Below are positions 51,672 to 64,000 of a stretch of DNA of 64,000 nucleotides, one piece after another. Both the position numbers and the translations under genes were made by a program. The notes under the pieces are model-generated. The model did no database searches and was not told the origin of the DNA. It saw only the letters and a program-made list of their open reading frames with translations. Each line of letters starts with the position of its first letter. The stretch's first letter is position 1. The DNA comes from Octopus vulgaris (taxonomy: Eukaryota): positions 52,080,001 to 52,144,000 of the forward strand of contig OX597823.1 in assembly GCA_951406725.2 (NCBI GenBank). Direction: 5' to 3'.

Positions 51672-51929
51672 GTTAAACTAAATGACTAATTGCACACATC
51701 TGGTTGCATTAGCTTACTGATTCTATGTTAATTTGTAGCTCCAACTGAGCAGATCCATCATGAAAAGCATTCTATTCATGACCACCCCATCTGTTTATAT
51801 ATTAGGAACTACATTGACAAATGTTTCTTCTCCTCTTTTTCACATCCTGTTGATAGATGTGCTGTGAAAGAATAAGTATAGTTGCAAAGTGAATGTTCCT
51901 TCTTGGGCCCCCCATCACATATAACTAAT

Positions 51930-52168
51930 TCAGAGAGGGAGAAAGAGAGAAGACAAGAGCGAGAAAGAGAGCGGGTGAATGAGAGAGAGAGAGTGGGTGA
52001 GTGAGAGAGAGAATTGGTGAATGAGAGAGTGGGTGAGTGAGAGAGAGAGAGAGAGTGTGTGGGTGAGTGAGAGAGAGAGGGTGAGTGAGAGAAAGAGAAT
52101 GGGTGAGTGAGAGAAAGAGAATGGGTGAGTAAGAGAGAGATAGAGTGGGTGAGTGAGAGAGAGAGAAA
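51930..52168. repeat. GGGTGAGTGA(GA)n minisatellite
   Basis: Seen directly, about 8 units. Confidence 0.9.
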
Positions 52169-52379
52169 TTACCCTTTCCCTTGCATCTACCTGGTACTTT
52201 ATCTATTTACCTTGATAGAAAATGAAAAGCAAACTTGGCCTCTTTGAATTGAACTCAGAATGCAAAGGGCTGGAACAGATACTATAAGACATTCTAATAT
52301 CTTTTTCAGAATTGTGCGATATATTTGAAGGAATCTAGATTGCCATTCCCCAAAGATCGAGTGATTATGATTCTTATGG

Positions 52380-52735
52380 GATCTTTTACTGTCTCACTTA
52401 TCAGACTGCAGTTATGCTGAGACACCACCTTGAAGGATTTTAATCAAAGACCTCAACCCCAGTATTTATTCTTTCGAAGCCTAGTACTTATTCTGCTGGT
52501 CTCTTTTGCTAAACCACTAAATTAGGGGATATAAACACACCGACACTGATTGTCAAGCAATTGTAGGACACACACACACATACAGACGTGTGTGTATATG
52601 TGTGTGTGTGTATATGTGTGTGTGTGTATTTACAATGGGCTTCTTTCAATTTCCATCTACCAAACCCACTCACAAGGCTTTGGTCAACCCAAGGCTATCT
52701 ATAGTAGAGGACACTTGCCCAAGATACCACACAAA
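52380..52735 (-). mobile_element. SINE family B
   Basis: Diagnostic blocks. Confidence 0.85.
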
Positions 52736-52959
52736 CATGCCTATTTTGTTTTATTTTTAATAAATGATTTAGAATGAATTCTATCTTTTGGCACGCACAG
52801 TTATGGTGCAACTATTCTTAGAAACCAGGATGCACATGGTGGCTGAATATACCTCACATAACATAAGTCATTCATGTTAGAAATACAGAAGTTTGTTGAA
52901 ATAGTACAATCACCCTCCGCACTTGTAGTTAAAAAATTCTACTCGGAATGTCTTGCCAT

Positions 52960-53970
52960 ATAATGGACAAACTCCATTATAGAGAAATGGTCTTTGAGCA
53001 CCTAAATGACCAACACTTCTACAAAAAATTAGAAAATAATCTATAGGTGTAGGAGTGGCTGTGTGGTAAGTAGCTTGCTTACCAACCAGATGGTTTCTAG
53101 TTCGGTCTCACTGCATGGCACCTTGGGCAAGTATTTTCTACTATGGCCTCAGGCCAACTAAAGCCTTGTGAGTGGATTTGGTAGACAGAAACTGAAAGAA
53201 GCCCATTGCATATATGTATATATATATATGTATGTGTGTGTATGTGTTTGTGTATCAGTGTTTGTCCCCCCAACATTGCTTGACAACCGATGCTGGTGTG
53301 TTTACATCCCTGTACCTTAGTGGTTCAGCAAAAGAGACCGATAGAATAAGTACCAGGCTTACAAAGAATAGGTCCCAGAGTCGATTTGCTCGAATAAAGG
53401 TGGTGCTCCAGCATGGCCACAGTCACATGACTGAAACAAGTGAAAGAGTAAAAGAGAGTAAAGAGTATAGGTATACATTAAATAAGATTATTAAACTTAC
53501 AAACACATAAAAAGGAACTTACAAAAAAAGAGTTAGATTACCTTTCTAAGTTTGAAGTAAAAACCATTAACTTCTATGATCTTCCAAAAATCCATAAATC
53601 TAAAGAAATCAAGGACTGTTTGAAGGACTCCCAGACTCCATATATAAAGATTCCCAGACCATGTGATCTTAAATTAAGACCAATTGTAGCGGGACCAGCA
53701 TCACACACACAAAGACTAAGCAACTTGCTTGACACAATTCTAAATCCTTTATGTAATTTGGCCCCTAGGTTTATTAGAGAGGATATAGATTTCCTAAACC
53801 ACATTCCAAAATGAGTGAACAAAGAAACCATATTAGTCAGTTTTGATGTAGTCAGCCTCTACACCATTATCCCCCATAATTTAAGATGAGAAGTAGTAGA
53901 ATTCTGGATACACAAATAACCACAAAAAATCCAAGGAAGATTCTCCAAGGTGTTCATACTTGAATGGCTA
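52960..53970 (+). mobile_element. Penelope-like reverse transcriptase relic, interrupted by a SINE
   Basis: IMDKLHY..LND..FYKKL, FYDLPKIHK, LKLRPIVAGP..TQRLS, ILVSFDVVSLYTIIPH; in-frame stops. Confidence 0.88.
53046..53465 (+). mobile_element. SINE family B, full length, inserted in the PLE RT
   Basis: Head GG.GTAGGAGTGGCTGTGTGGTAAG, tail (GAGTAAAAGA); flanking duplication TATAGGT at 53042 and 53466. Confidence 0.92.
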
Positions 53971-54460
53971 TGGCTTCCCAACCACATGGTTCCAGGTTCA
54001 GTCCCACTGTGTGGCACCTTGGGCATGTATCTTCTACTATAGCCTCAGGCTGAGCAAAGCCTTGTGAGTGGATTTGGTGAACGAAGACTAAAAGAAGCTT
54101 GTCATATATATACATATATATGCATGTATTTGTGTGTCTGTGTTTGTCCCACCACCATCACTTGACAACTGATGTTGGTATGTTTATGTCCCCATAACTT
54201 AGCAACTCAGCAAAAGAAACTGATAGATTAAGTACTATGCTTACAAAATAAGTCTTTGAGTCGATTTGCTTGACTGAAGACCGAAACAAGTGAAAGAATA
54301 TATATATATAGATGATGGGGTCCTTTCCATTTCCATCTACCAAATCTACTCACAAAGCTTTGTTCAGCCCAAGGGTCTAGTAGAAGACTCTTGTCCAAGG
54401 TTCCATGCAGTGGGACTGAACCCGAAGCCACGTGGTTGGGAAGCAAGGCACACCTGCGCC
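53970..54460. mobile_element. Two family B SINEs in inverted arrangement (+ 53970-54300, - 54310-54460)
   Basis: GGTTCAGTCCCACTG on one arm and CAGTGGGACTGAACC on the other. Confidence 0.85.
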
Positions 54461-55113
54461 TATGTTCTTCCATTGTTTTTAAGAACTAGCATGAGATTTA
54501 AGGGAAATTTAGTTTGCCTTAATAGTGAATCAAGTAGCCATTTAAGGTTTATATTGTCGACTCCTTTTAAGCTGTTGTTAAAGTAAGTACCAGCAAAATA
54601 AGTACAGGTGGGTCATCAATTAAGACCAGTCTCTTCATTTGGCTTACCTGACCATGAATCTATTCAAAAGAAATCAATATATTTATGTTACAAAATAAAT
54701 TTTGGGTGTATAATTGTATTGATTGTTCAATTGTAAATTAGCGGATGTTAATAATTTGTGTTATTTGAATTTAATTTGATACATAATTATTAAACAATAT
54801 TCGTTAATTGAAGATCATTATCACAAAAGTGAATGTGGTAAAGTATTTCAATGAGCTTATCTAATTGACTAATTATCTAGATGATGACACACAACTTCAT
54901 AAAAGCTTCAACTAATTATTTTCGAAAGTTTTTAAAATAGTATATTAGTTTTGGATAATACTGAAATTTTAAATGAAATTGGACTCAATTTCCTATTGGT
55001 ATTGGAATGTGTTTCTGTGAATAAAGACTTCATCTTATTACGAGTACAAAATTGCAACCATTTGTACCATCACTATCATTGCCACTCTCAATGTTATTGT
55101 CATCATTCTTAGT

Positions 55114-55197
55114 GTCCTCATAACACCATCATCATCAACTTAAATGTCATCCATAGTCCTCATAACACCATCATCATCAACTTAAATGTCATCCATA
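55114..55197. repeat. Perfect 42-bp tandem duplication
   Basis: GTCCTCATAACACCATCATCATCAACTTAAATGTCATCCATA occurs twice. Confidence 0.95.
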
Positions 55198-55294
55198 GTT
55201 GTCATTCCTGCTGTGTGCAACCACACTTTAGTTCTTCTGTTCTATCTCTTCTTCATTCTATTTTCTCCACCTACCATACTTCTGTCCTTTTCTT

Positions 55295-56053
55295 TTCTAC
55301 TCTAGGCACAAGGCCTGAAATTTTTTTTTTTTGGGGGGGGGCAGTCCATTAGATCAATCCCAGTACACAACTGGTACTTAATTTATTAACCCCAAAAGGA
55401 TGAAAGGCAAAGTTGACCTCGGTGGAATTTGAACTCAAAATGTAAAGACATACGAAATACCTATTTCTTTACTACCCACAAGGGGCTAAACACAGAGAGG
55501 ACAAACAAGGACAGACAAACGGATTAAGTTGATTACATCGACCCCAGTGCATGACTGGTACTTATTTACTCGACCCCAAAAAGAGGAAAGGCAAAGTTGA
55601 CCCCAGTGGAATTTGAACTCAGAACACAAAGCCAGACAAAATACCACTAAGCATTTCACCTGAAATGCTAATGATTCTGCCAGCTCACTATCTTACACTT
55701 CTGTTCTTTTATCTTTCACTTGTTTCAGTCATTAAACTGTGGCCATTCTAGAGTGCTGCATTAAAGAATTTTTAATCGAATGAATTGACCCCTTGGTACT
55801 TTTATGTTTTTTACTTGGTACTTACTCTATTGGTTTCTTTTGCTGAACCACTTAGTTATGGGGGCATAAACCAACACTGGTTGTCAAGCAGTAGTGAGTG
55901 GGGGGACAAGCACTGACATAAACACACACACACATTCACTCGCACATATGTTTGTGTGTATGTGACAGGCTTTCTTTCAGTTTCTGCCTACTAAATCCAC
56001 CCACAAGGCTTTGGTTGGCCCAAGGTTATAGTAGAAGACTTGCATAAGGTGTC

Positions 56054-56055
<2 letters not shown>
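55295..56055 (-). mobile_element. Dimeric family A SINE (55295-55690) followed by a family B SINE (55705-56055)
   Basis: Two core domains in tandem, then family B blocks. Confidence 0.85.
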
Positions 56056-56105
<50 letters not shown>

Positions 56106-56154
56106 CTATACAAAATGCACTTTAATTGAAATAATGTTCCCCCCAAATTAAACA

Positions 56155-56660
56155 TCTAATATAAAAATGTGATTGTCAGTGTGTCAGTGTGTCACACTTT
56201 TTCAACTGTACTCCTAGAGGCCATAGCCCAACATATCATTTTGGAATCAGGCTGACTCCGTGAGTAAATTAAAATCATTCTGGACCGAATCCGGACCCAC
56301 AATCCTGAAATTTTGGATTCCCAAGTTTTCATTACTGTGATTGTTTCCAGCAATTTTTTTACTTGACATTTTGCAACAAACTTTTTTGTACGATAACAAT
56401 TTTTATAACCTAAAGGCCAACTCTGTGAGTAAATTAAAAATATTCCAGACCAAATCCGGATCTGCAATCCTGAAATTCTGGATTCCTATGTTTTCATTAC
56501 TGTGATGGTTTTTGGCGATGTTTTTCACATGATTTTTTGCGATGAAAATGATCAACATTGGGATATGACTCTGGAGGAAGAAATTGCAATAAATTCTTCA
56601 AAACAAGTCAAAGGTCTGTTTGCAGATCTTCCCATTCGGGGTCGGTTGCTTAACAGCTAG
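56155..56660 (+). mobile_element. Non-autonomous Helitron-like element with an internal tandem repeat
   Basis: A|TCTAATATAAAA 5' end, short GTCAGTGT repeat, two internal units about 146 bp apart, subterminal CCC-ATTC-GGG hairpin and CTAG|T 3' end. Confidence 0.65.
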
Positions 56661-56694
56661 TATACACACACACACACACACACACACACATATG

Positions 56695-56860
56695 AGGACA
56701 AGAAAGACAAGATGTTATGCCCATGATCTATTGCTTTGCAAATACAGTTCTTCAACGAACAGTGAAGGGAGAAAGGAGAGCCAGATAAAAGAGGAGATGA
56801 CTTGATAGTATCAAAGAATGGACAAGAAATCATTAGCAGATACTTGAACTCTGATACACA
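56695..56860 (+). mobile_element. RTE/RTE-X LINE C-terminal relic
   Basis: ANTVLQRTVKGERRAR*KRR*LDSIKEWT matches AKTILQG.V.G.RRRGR.K.RW.DNIKEWT. Confidence 0.7.
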
Positions 56861-57030
56861 GCCACCAAACATGCAAAGGACTGATGCACAATACATCATG
56901 ATGGTACCCTTATAACTCTATCAGAATGTGAAGACTAATAAGCAACAGTTGCACCACTGTTCCCCATTACCCTTCAGCCCCTAACTCTTCATACAAATAA
57001 AACTTTGCTCATCAGAAAGTTATTCACTTT

Positions 57031-57372
57031 CTGTGACGAGCTGGCAGAAACGTTAGCACGCCAGGTAAAATGCTTAGTGGTATTTCGTTTGCCGTTACGT
57101 TCTGAGTTCAAATGTAATCGACTTAATCCGTTTGTCTGTCCTTGTTTGTCCCCTCTGTGTTTAGCCCCTTGTGGGTAGTAAAGAAATAGGTATTTTGTCT
57201 GTCTTTACATTCTGAGTTCAAATTCTGCCAAGGTCAACTTTGCCTTTCATCCTTTCAGGGTCGATAAATTAAATACTAGTTACGCACTGGGGTCGATGTA
57301 ATCGACTTAATCTCTTTGTCTGTCCTTGTTTGTACCCTCTATGTTTAGCCCCTTGTGGGCAATAAAGAAATA
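57031..57372 (+). mobile_element. Dimeric family A SINE with 17-bp TSD
   Basis: TSD AGAAAGTTATTCACTTT at 57014-57030 and 57373-57389. Confidence 0.92.
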
Positions 57373-58422
57373 AGAAAGTTATTCACTTTACATATTTCTT
57401 AGAATTCAATTTATATAAAGTTTATTGAAAACAATCAGTCATCATAGCACATATATTCTCATTAAGAGTCTTATGAGAAATTTTTCTGTGAATTGTGCTA
57501 AAACTATTTCAGTTTTATCCTTTTTAAATTTTTAGATTTAAAATTTTTTAATTTCTTCTAGCCTCACTGATAACCCAAGGCTAGCAGTTTTGAGGGAAGG
57601 AGAAAGTCAATTACATCAACCCTAGTATTCAACTGGTACTTATTATATCAACTCTGAAAGAACAAAAAGCAATATCAACTTAGGTGGTGGCATTTGAGCT
57701 CCAAACGTAATATAAAAAGCTGGAAGAAATGCCAGTAAGCATTTGTAAGGTGTGCTAACAATCCTGGTAGCTGGTTGTCTTCAATTTCAATAATAACAAT
57801 CCAAGACTGCTTGGATGATTTCAGAAATAGTGGAAAGATTTGATTTATACACAAAATAATATTAATATATAAAATAGTTTAACTTTCAAACTCAGAAAAA
57901 ATTTCAAACTTCTCTCCATTATAATTTGAAAAGTGAAATATGAAAAGAATGATATAGAAATATAGATTTAAATATTAACTCCTCCCACCCTAAAATATTA
58001 CTCTCTTTAGTAAGTCTCTCTAATTGAAGGTGGAGGATACTTTATCAATGGAAAATGTATTCAGCTGTGAAATGCATTTGTTATCTGATTATAACCCAAA
58101 TGCTAAAAAACTATATCATTTATATTAGCATGTATACATAAACTTATACCTTATGCTGTAATCATAGGTTTATGGTTGACCCTAATTTATACTTTATATA
58201 AATGACTGAGAAAAGAATCCAGTAATTATGATAATTAATAACAAAGTATTTTTCAGTTAACTTTGATTGATACTGTTGAAGGAAGCCAGCTCAAGAAAAT
58301 AATGTAAGGCAGCTTCTTCATTTTACTCCTCATAGTATGTTATATTTAACAAGGAATAAAGAGAGGAAACAGATTTTTTTTTATAGTCTTCTTTATCAGT
58401 TATTACCTTTTGCAAGGTCTCT

Positions 58423-58436
58423 GTTACCAGGGCAAC
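58423..58436. promoter_or_regulatory. RFX X-box consensus match
   Basis: GTTACCAGGGCAAC fits GTNRCC-N(0-3)-RGYAAC and lies in non-repetitive sequence. Confidence 0.3.
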
Positions 58437-59727
58437 AGACAGCATCTGTACTGAAACAACAACTCAGTCTGGTCAGTCTAAGTTAATGACAAGCTAAGAT
58501 TCTTAGATCTATTGGTCAAATTTATTTCAATTCTATTTCTGATGTTCTGAGATAGCATACAAAGCTTGTGGACAAATGAAAGGGCGACAGACAGTACTGT
58601 CTCTGACTGCCATTCTTTCAATTACCCACTTTCTCTTCTACGAGCCACTGCTTCTATAATGCAATTTTCCCTGACAACTCTGAACTAGAGTAGAGAAGGC
58701 TCCCTTGTTGCCTTCTAAAATATTTCAATCCAATGAATTAGTGACCTGCTCTGTCTCTGGTTTCTCTGCTCCTGCAATTTATATTTATTGCCATTATTGG
58801 TCAGTGTTGGGAGGTCAGTGTAACCTCAGCTAAACACCACTGTGGTCGGAAACTGCATACTTGAACAATGACCTGCATACTAACCACTGCTGTCACCACC
58901 CCAGCTTCTCTCTCTCTCTCTCTCTTTTTTTTTATGTTAATTGCATGAGAAGAGTTGCAATTACCAACTATACATCACAACCTATTCTGTAAAAATTGAA
59001 AGAGACAAAATTCTGTGAGCAACCTCATTTATTAAAGGAAAGGCTAAAGCCTTGTTACTTTTGAAATATCACTTTGATCAAATTTTGAAATGTTATTAGA
59101 AAATCAAGAATAAATCATTCTACTTTTATTATTATAAAGAAGAAGAGTTGTCTGTCATAACAGATAGCTACCGGATTAGTTGATTTATTGTATGTAGTTG
59201 AGTGACTTCAAATACTATCATAAGTAATTTTACCTTTTATTTTTCAAGGACCGATAAAATAAATAGATACCAGTAAAATTCTAAGGGATCATTTATTTGG
59301 TTGCTTCTTTACAAAATTTTATTTCTTTTTTACACTTTTTTTAGTAAAAAAAAAAAATAATAATTACAGATAAAATTACATGTGAAATCTCCACACATAA
59401 GAAAAAATTAATACATTCTTTAGTTTAAAATTTTAGTAATTTTATGTAATGGCAGTTAATGTTTGAGGTAATGGTTAAAAAATAATTTTGGAAATACGTA
59501 GTAGTTGTGATGCAAAGGAATCTATAACTTGATTATCCTAACCTCTCACGAAATCTAATTCTTTTTACTTAGTAAAAATGAGAAGATTTATAGTAAAACT
59601 AAATATGAAGACAAATTTTATTAATTTTTTTTAAAAATGCACGCTTTGGTATAAAGTTTATTAATCTTATTAAAATGGAAACTGATATGTGCTATGATCG
59701 ATGGTTAATTCATATATATTTGAAATA

Positions 59728-59976
59728 CAGGGTTGGCCAAAAGTCACCCGACAGTAAATCAAAAATTCTATAAATACTTATTATTCAATTTAATTTATTC
59801 ATTCCAATTATGAATGTTTAATATTTGAATGCTGTGAGTTAAAATCATCGTTTTTTTTGGGTTTTTTTTCAACATTTGTCTGTTATTTAGCGAAGTCTCA
59901 AATGAAATAACTTTTTGTTTTAACCTTGGAATTGTATGGGTTTGATTTACTGCCAGGTGACTTTTGATCAACCCTG
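59728..59976. mobile_element. Tc1/mariner-type MITE
   Basis: TA|CAGGGTTGGCCAAAAGTCACCCGACAGTAAATCAAAA .. TTTTGATTTACTGCCAGGTGACTTTTGATCAACCCTG|TA. Confidence 0.93.
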
Positions 59977-60184
59977 TATATGTTCAATATACTAAAGAAT
60001 CATTTTATTGGTTGCTGTCAGTCTTTTACAATATTTATTTGTTTATTTTCTTTTTATAATGATGATGATGATGATGATGATGATGAAAGCCTTGTGAATA
60101 AATTTGATACATGGAAACTGAAAGAAGTCCATAATCTAATAATGTATATACATATAAATAAATGTATATGTGTGTGTGTGTAAG

Positions 60185-60402
60185 CTAGTGCCACATAGAA
60201 AGAGCATCCAGTATACTCTGTAAAGTGCCTAACAGGTTAATCACTCTGTAAAGTGTTTGGTGTTAGGAAGGGCTTCCAGCCATAAAATCCATGCGAAAGC
60301 AGACAGTAGTGCTTGGGTGCAGTCTTCTGGCTTACCAGCTCCTGTCAAATGGTCCAGCCTATGCCAGCATAGGAAGCAGATGTTAGGTGATGATGATGAT
60401 GA
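60185..60402 (+). mobile_element. SINE family D, 3' part
   Basis: GGTGTTAGGAAGGGCTTCCAGC..ATGCCAGCAT..(GAT)n. Confidence 0.8.
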
Positions 60403-61772
60403 TCTATATACATATATATGTGCATAGGGATGAGATGCACAGGTATGTCTTTGTGTTTCCTTGGTTTGACATCATGCAATGATTGTAAATGAACATCATC
60501 CTCATAGAAGTGGTGTCCTTCATTTCCAGTCTTGTGTGAGATCCAGGGAGAAATATTCATGCTATTACTTAGAAACAAGTGAGGGTTGTTGAAAAGAAGG
60601 GTGTCTCACCATAGAAAGTCTACCTCAGCAAATTCTGTTTATCTCATGCAATCATACAAAAGATTCTATTAAAATACTGCTACTGGGGCTACTGTTGATG
60701 ATGATAATAAGGAAGACAACGAAGATGATGATGGTGATGATACTATTAGTGAATCATTTTGTTGTTTATCTTAGTTCTTTACACAATTTCTTGAGGTAGG
60801 GGGTTTACCTCAGATAAATTATAGGCTCTAAGTTATAAATTTATGTAACTTAATTTTTTAAAAAATAAATAATTTTAAAAAAAATTAGTAATTATAATCA
60901 TTAATAAATTTTTATATTGGCACAATGTCAGAAATTTTTGCCTTGTGGCTGAGAAGGTTTCCATAGGATTATATCAGCCTCTTTACTTGTGTGGTACCTT
61001 ATTTTCACAACCCTGAAAGGATGATAAACAAATTTAACATCAGCAGGATTTGAACTCAGAACTCAAGATACAGAACAAAGACTATAAAGCAATCTTTTTA
61101 GGAATGGTGAAGTTAATCTTGAAGCAAATGAAGTTATAACTTATAACATGTAAATAGTGGTTTAAAAGCATTTTGGTTAGAAAAAGTTGAAGGGTTCTAA
61201 CCCAATATTTACATATTTATAACTTTATTTATTTCCTGATTCACCATTCCAAAAAAGGGTTGTTTCACATATTTGAAGTTTCTAAATTCTTATGACATCA
61301 ACTATAAAGCATATTTTCTGATACTCTGATGATATTGATAGTCCATTGCACCCAATAATTAGCTATTAATAACCAAGAATAAATATTGTGGCAAATACTC
61401 TGGTTTAAAAAAATACATGTTTTGATTTAAAATGCTAGCGGATCTTATTAGAATGGAAATTTGATTTGTAACATTAATCAATGGTTAAATCATATTTTTG
61501 AAGTGCTCTCACATTAATAGACATTAAATGGCTCAGTGAGGTTAAATGTAGCTGCATGAAAAGATTGAAGTATCTTCTCTTTGCTATACCGATATCACAG
61601 CTAATGATGCAGTTCTTGGTTTATAGAAGCAACTAGCAGTCTGCCAGAGAAGAGATAAGGCTTACATGATTAGCTATAAAGTCCATTTATCATCATAGCA
61701 GAGGTTAGATTATCTGTATTTGCTTTTAGAACAGAATAAGTTAGTCTAAGGAGAAAAGGCGGTGCTCATTAC

Positions 61773-61843
61773 CTTTGCAGGCCCTCCCAGACTGATGAAA
61801 TAGATGTGGTTTATGCCCATCCCAAATATATACCAGTCAACGG
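61773..61843 (-). CDS. Candidate 71-nt exon (VDWYIFGMGINHIYFISLGGPAK)
   Basis: Acceptor TTTTTCTTTTTTCCTACAG, donor AAG|GTAATG, one open frame; no homolog recognised. Confidence 0.3.
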
Positions 61844-62395
61844 CTGTAGGAAAAAAGAAAAACATATGCTGGGAGGGAATTAGTGGTTTTGATCTAAATG
61901 CTTGCAACAGACAGAAGTCCATTAATGTAAACCTCCAGTCAGGTGGTGGGGTGCTAAACCAGACAGTATTTTAGGCCTACTACCAATCAAAGTGTGGATT
62001 GTAGTTAAATACAAACCAGAGTAAAGTGAATTTTGTAGGAAGAGACAATTGTAGTTTAACATTACTCCTAGCATTCCAGAGATATTTGTTTTGCTGTTTA
62101 CCATTTTTTAAATGCCAAATAAAGAGGTATGATAATATATATATATATGTGTGTGGGTGTGTAGCTGCATATGGGTATATGATATGTGTGAATACATGTA
62201 TACATATGAATACACAACTGTATATGTATTGCATGTGTTGATGTATTATATGCATGTAAATATATATATGTTGAAATATGGAAGCTTATTTATGGGTATC
62301 AAAAGTAAAATTATCTGCCTATATACACACGTGTGTATGCACATATATATGCATATGTATGTATATATATATTTGTTTATATATATATCATCATC

Positions 62396-62466
<71 letters not shown>

Positions 62467-62799
62467 ACAATTGCAGTATGGAAGGTGTTTATAAGCCATT
62501 TAAAAAAAACACATGTAAATCATTAGATTCACTTCATTTAAATTTAATTTGTGTCAAAATATTTTCATCACTAGGAAACCGCGACTTGTTCACTGACAAA
62601 ATTTCGTGCTTAAAAACACCTTCCATGCTGCAATGGTTTTTGTTTTAACATGCAATTTCAGATCAAGTCACTTGCTATGCAAGTACATCTTCATAATATG
62701 TGTGTGTGTGTGTCTGTGTGGGCGTGTATGTATATATATATATATATGTATGTATGTATATATGTATGTATGTAACTATATATATATATATTCTAAATT

Positions 62800-62974
62800 C
62801 ACTCACTGGACAGTGGATTTGCAAGGGTACCACCTCGAAAGGTTAAGTTGATAGAACTAAATCCAGTATTTAATTTAAGTCTGGCACATATTCTATCTGT
62901 GTCATTTTGCCAAACCACTAAGTTACAAGAATATAAACAAACTAACAGCATCTGTCCAGCAATGGCACACAGTT

Positions 62975-63015
<41 letters not shown>

Positions 63016-63190
63016 TACACACATACAGTAGTTTTTCTGCATACTTCCTGTCTACCAAATTCACAAATAGGGTAGTGGGCAGCCTGGGGTTTACAGCAAA
63101 ATGCACTGGCCCAGGATACCATGCACTGAGACTGAACCTAAAATTATATGGTTGCAAAGTAATCTCCTTAACCACACTGCCAAATTCGTG
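62800..63190 (-). mobile_element. SINE family B, decayed
   Basis: Block order conserved. Confidence 0.7.
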
Positions 63191-63211
63191 CCTCAAAAAT
63201 TAGATTAGTAT

Positions 63212-63430
63212 TTAACCCGTTAGCATTTAGATTACTTCATCAAATGATATGCCTACTTATTCAAATTGATTTGAATTAATTATTTATTATCTTGTAGCTT
63301 CTGGATTTCAAACGATGTGATTGTTTACTTTTAGAATGACATTGTAGGATAGGTGTGAGAGGCCACCTGGTTTGAACTTAAAACAGGTAGAACATTCAGA
63401 CTAGATATAGCCAGTTTAAATGCAATGGGT
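63212..63430. mobile_element. piggyBac-type MITE (family of 3339-3545)
   Basis: TTAACCCGTTAGCATTTAGATTAC..TTTAAATGCAATGGG. Confidence 0.7.
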
Positions 63431-63726
63431 CACTGATGACCACTCACAGGTGCAATTTTACTATTTCCTCAACATGGGGTCATTTTGCTTACTGCAACCA
63501 ACCAACTAGACTAAATCGATCCTCTTCACTCAACCTACTCCTTGTGTGCTTCTAGTACAGGCACCTTATTGACATAGAAGATTGACTGCTAGGGCTCTTA
63601 TTCTGAAACCAACCAAATAGCCAACCAACCAACCAGACTTCCTGACAGCTAGATTACAGATTCATACTAAACTTCCCAACAGTATGTTGCTGTATGTGTA
63701 CATACATACACACATACACACATACA

Positions 63727-63757
<31 letters not shown>

Positions 63758-64000
63758 TTGTCAGTACCATTCATGTCCAAATTTGATTCATTTGAAGCTT
63801 CTATGCTGCTTAAACCTGGCGTGGCTCGGCAGGCCAAATCGAGAATGAAACAGTCTCAGATCTTGATTGCATGGCAAGGCAGGTGGTAGTCTTGGCTGGG
63901 TCTGGGCATTTCTGGCCTTCTTGTTGCCTTCTTTTTATTTCTTCTTAGTATATATATTTATTTATTATTTTTGAACAAGAATATTTTTGAGAGTGACTTT

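Noticed and set aside
54272-54292. CTGAAGA-CC-GAAAC hammerhead-like core
   Set aside because: Created by a deletion inside a family B SINE tail; no stems I-III
63428-63465. CTGATGA followed by a short hairpin
   Set aside because: GAAA core absent (GCAA) and no stem III or stem I

Overview
AT-rich, microsatellite-dense eukaryotic DNA. The SINE families and repeat landscape look like an octopus (coleoid cephalopod) genome; this is an inference from recalled repeat sequences. I cannot identify any intact, recognisable host protein-coding gene, and almost all long ORFs in the track are simple-repeat artefacts or transposon relics. The window is mostly layered mobile DNA: (1) four tRNA-type/RTE-tail SINE families, several copies with clear TSDs; (2) DNA-transposon relics (Chapaev3-like, MULE-like, two mariner deletion derivatives, a Tc1/IS630-like copy, a possible pogo) plus Tc1-, hAT- and piggyBac-type MITEs, two foldback elements and a non-autonomous Helitron; (3) non-LTR relics (R4/Dong REL endonuclease 3' ends inside (TAA)n, L1/Tx1 zinc-knuckle ends, RTE, CR1-like); (4) many Penelope-like (PLE) pieces with RT and GIY-YIG remnants. 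The most notable unlabelled signal is about 14 type-I hammerhead-ribozyme-like motifs from several different sequence families, four with an intact catalytic core, some inside near-perfect inverted repeats placed in (TA)n tracts. A few unique islands carry minus-strand splice signals and may be exons of an unidentified gene, pseudogene or lncRNA (low to moderate confidence).
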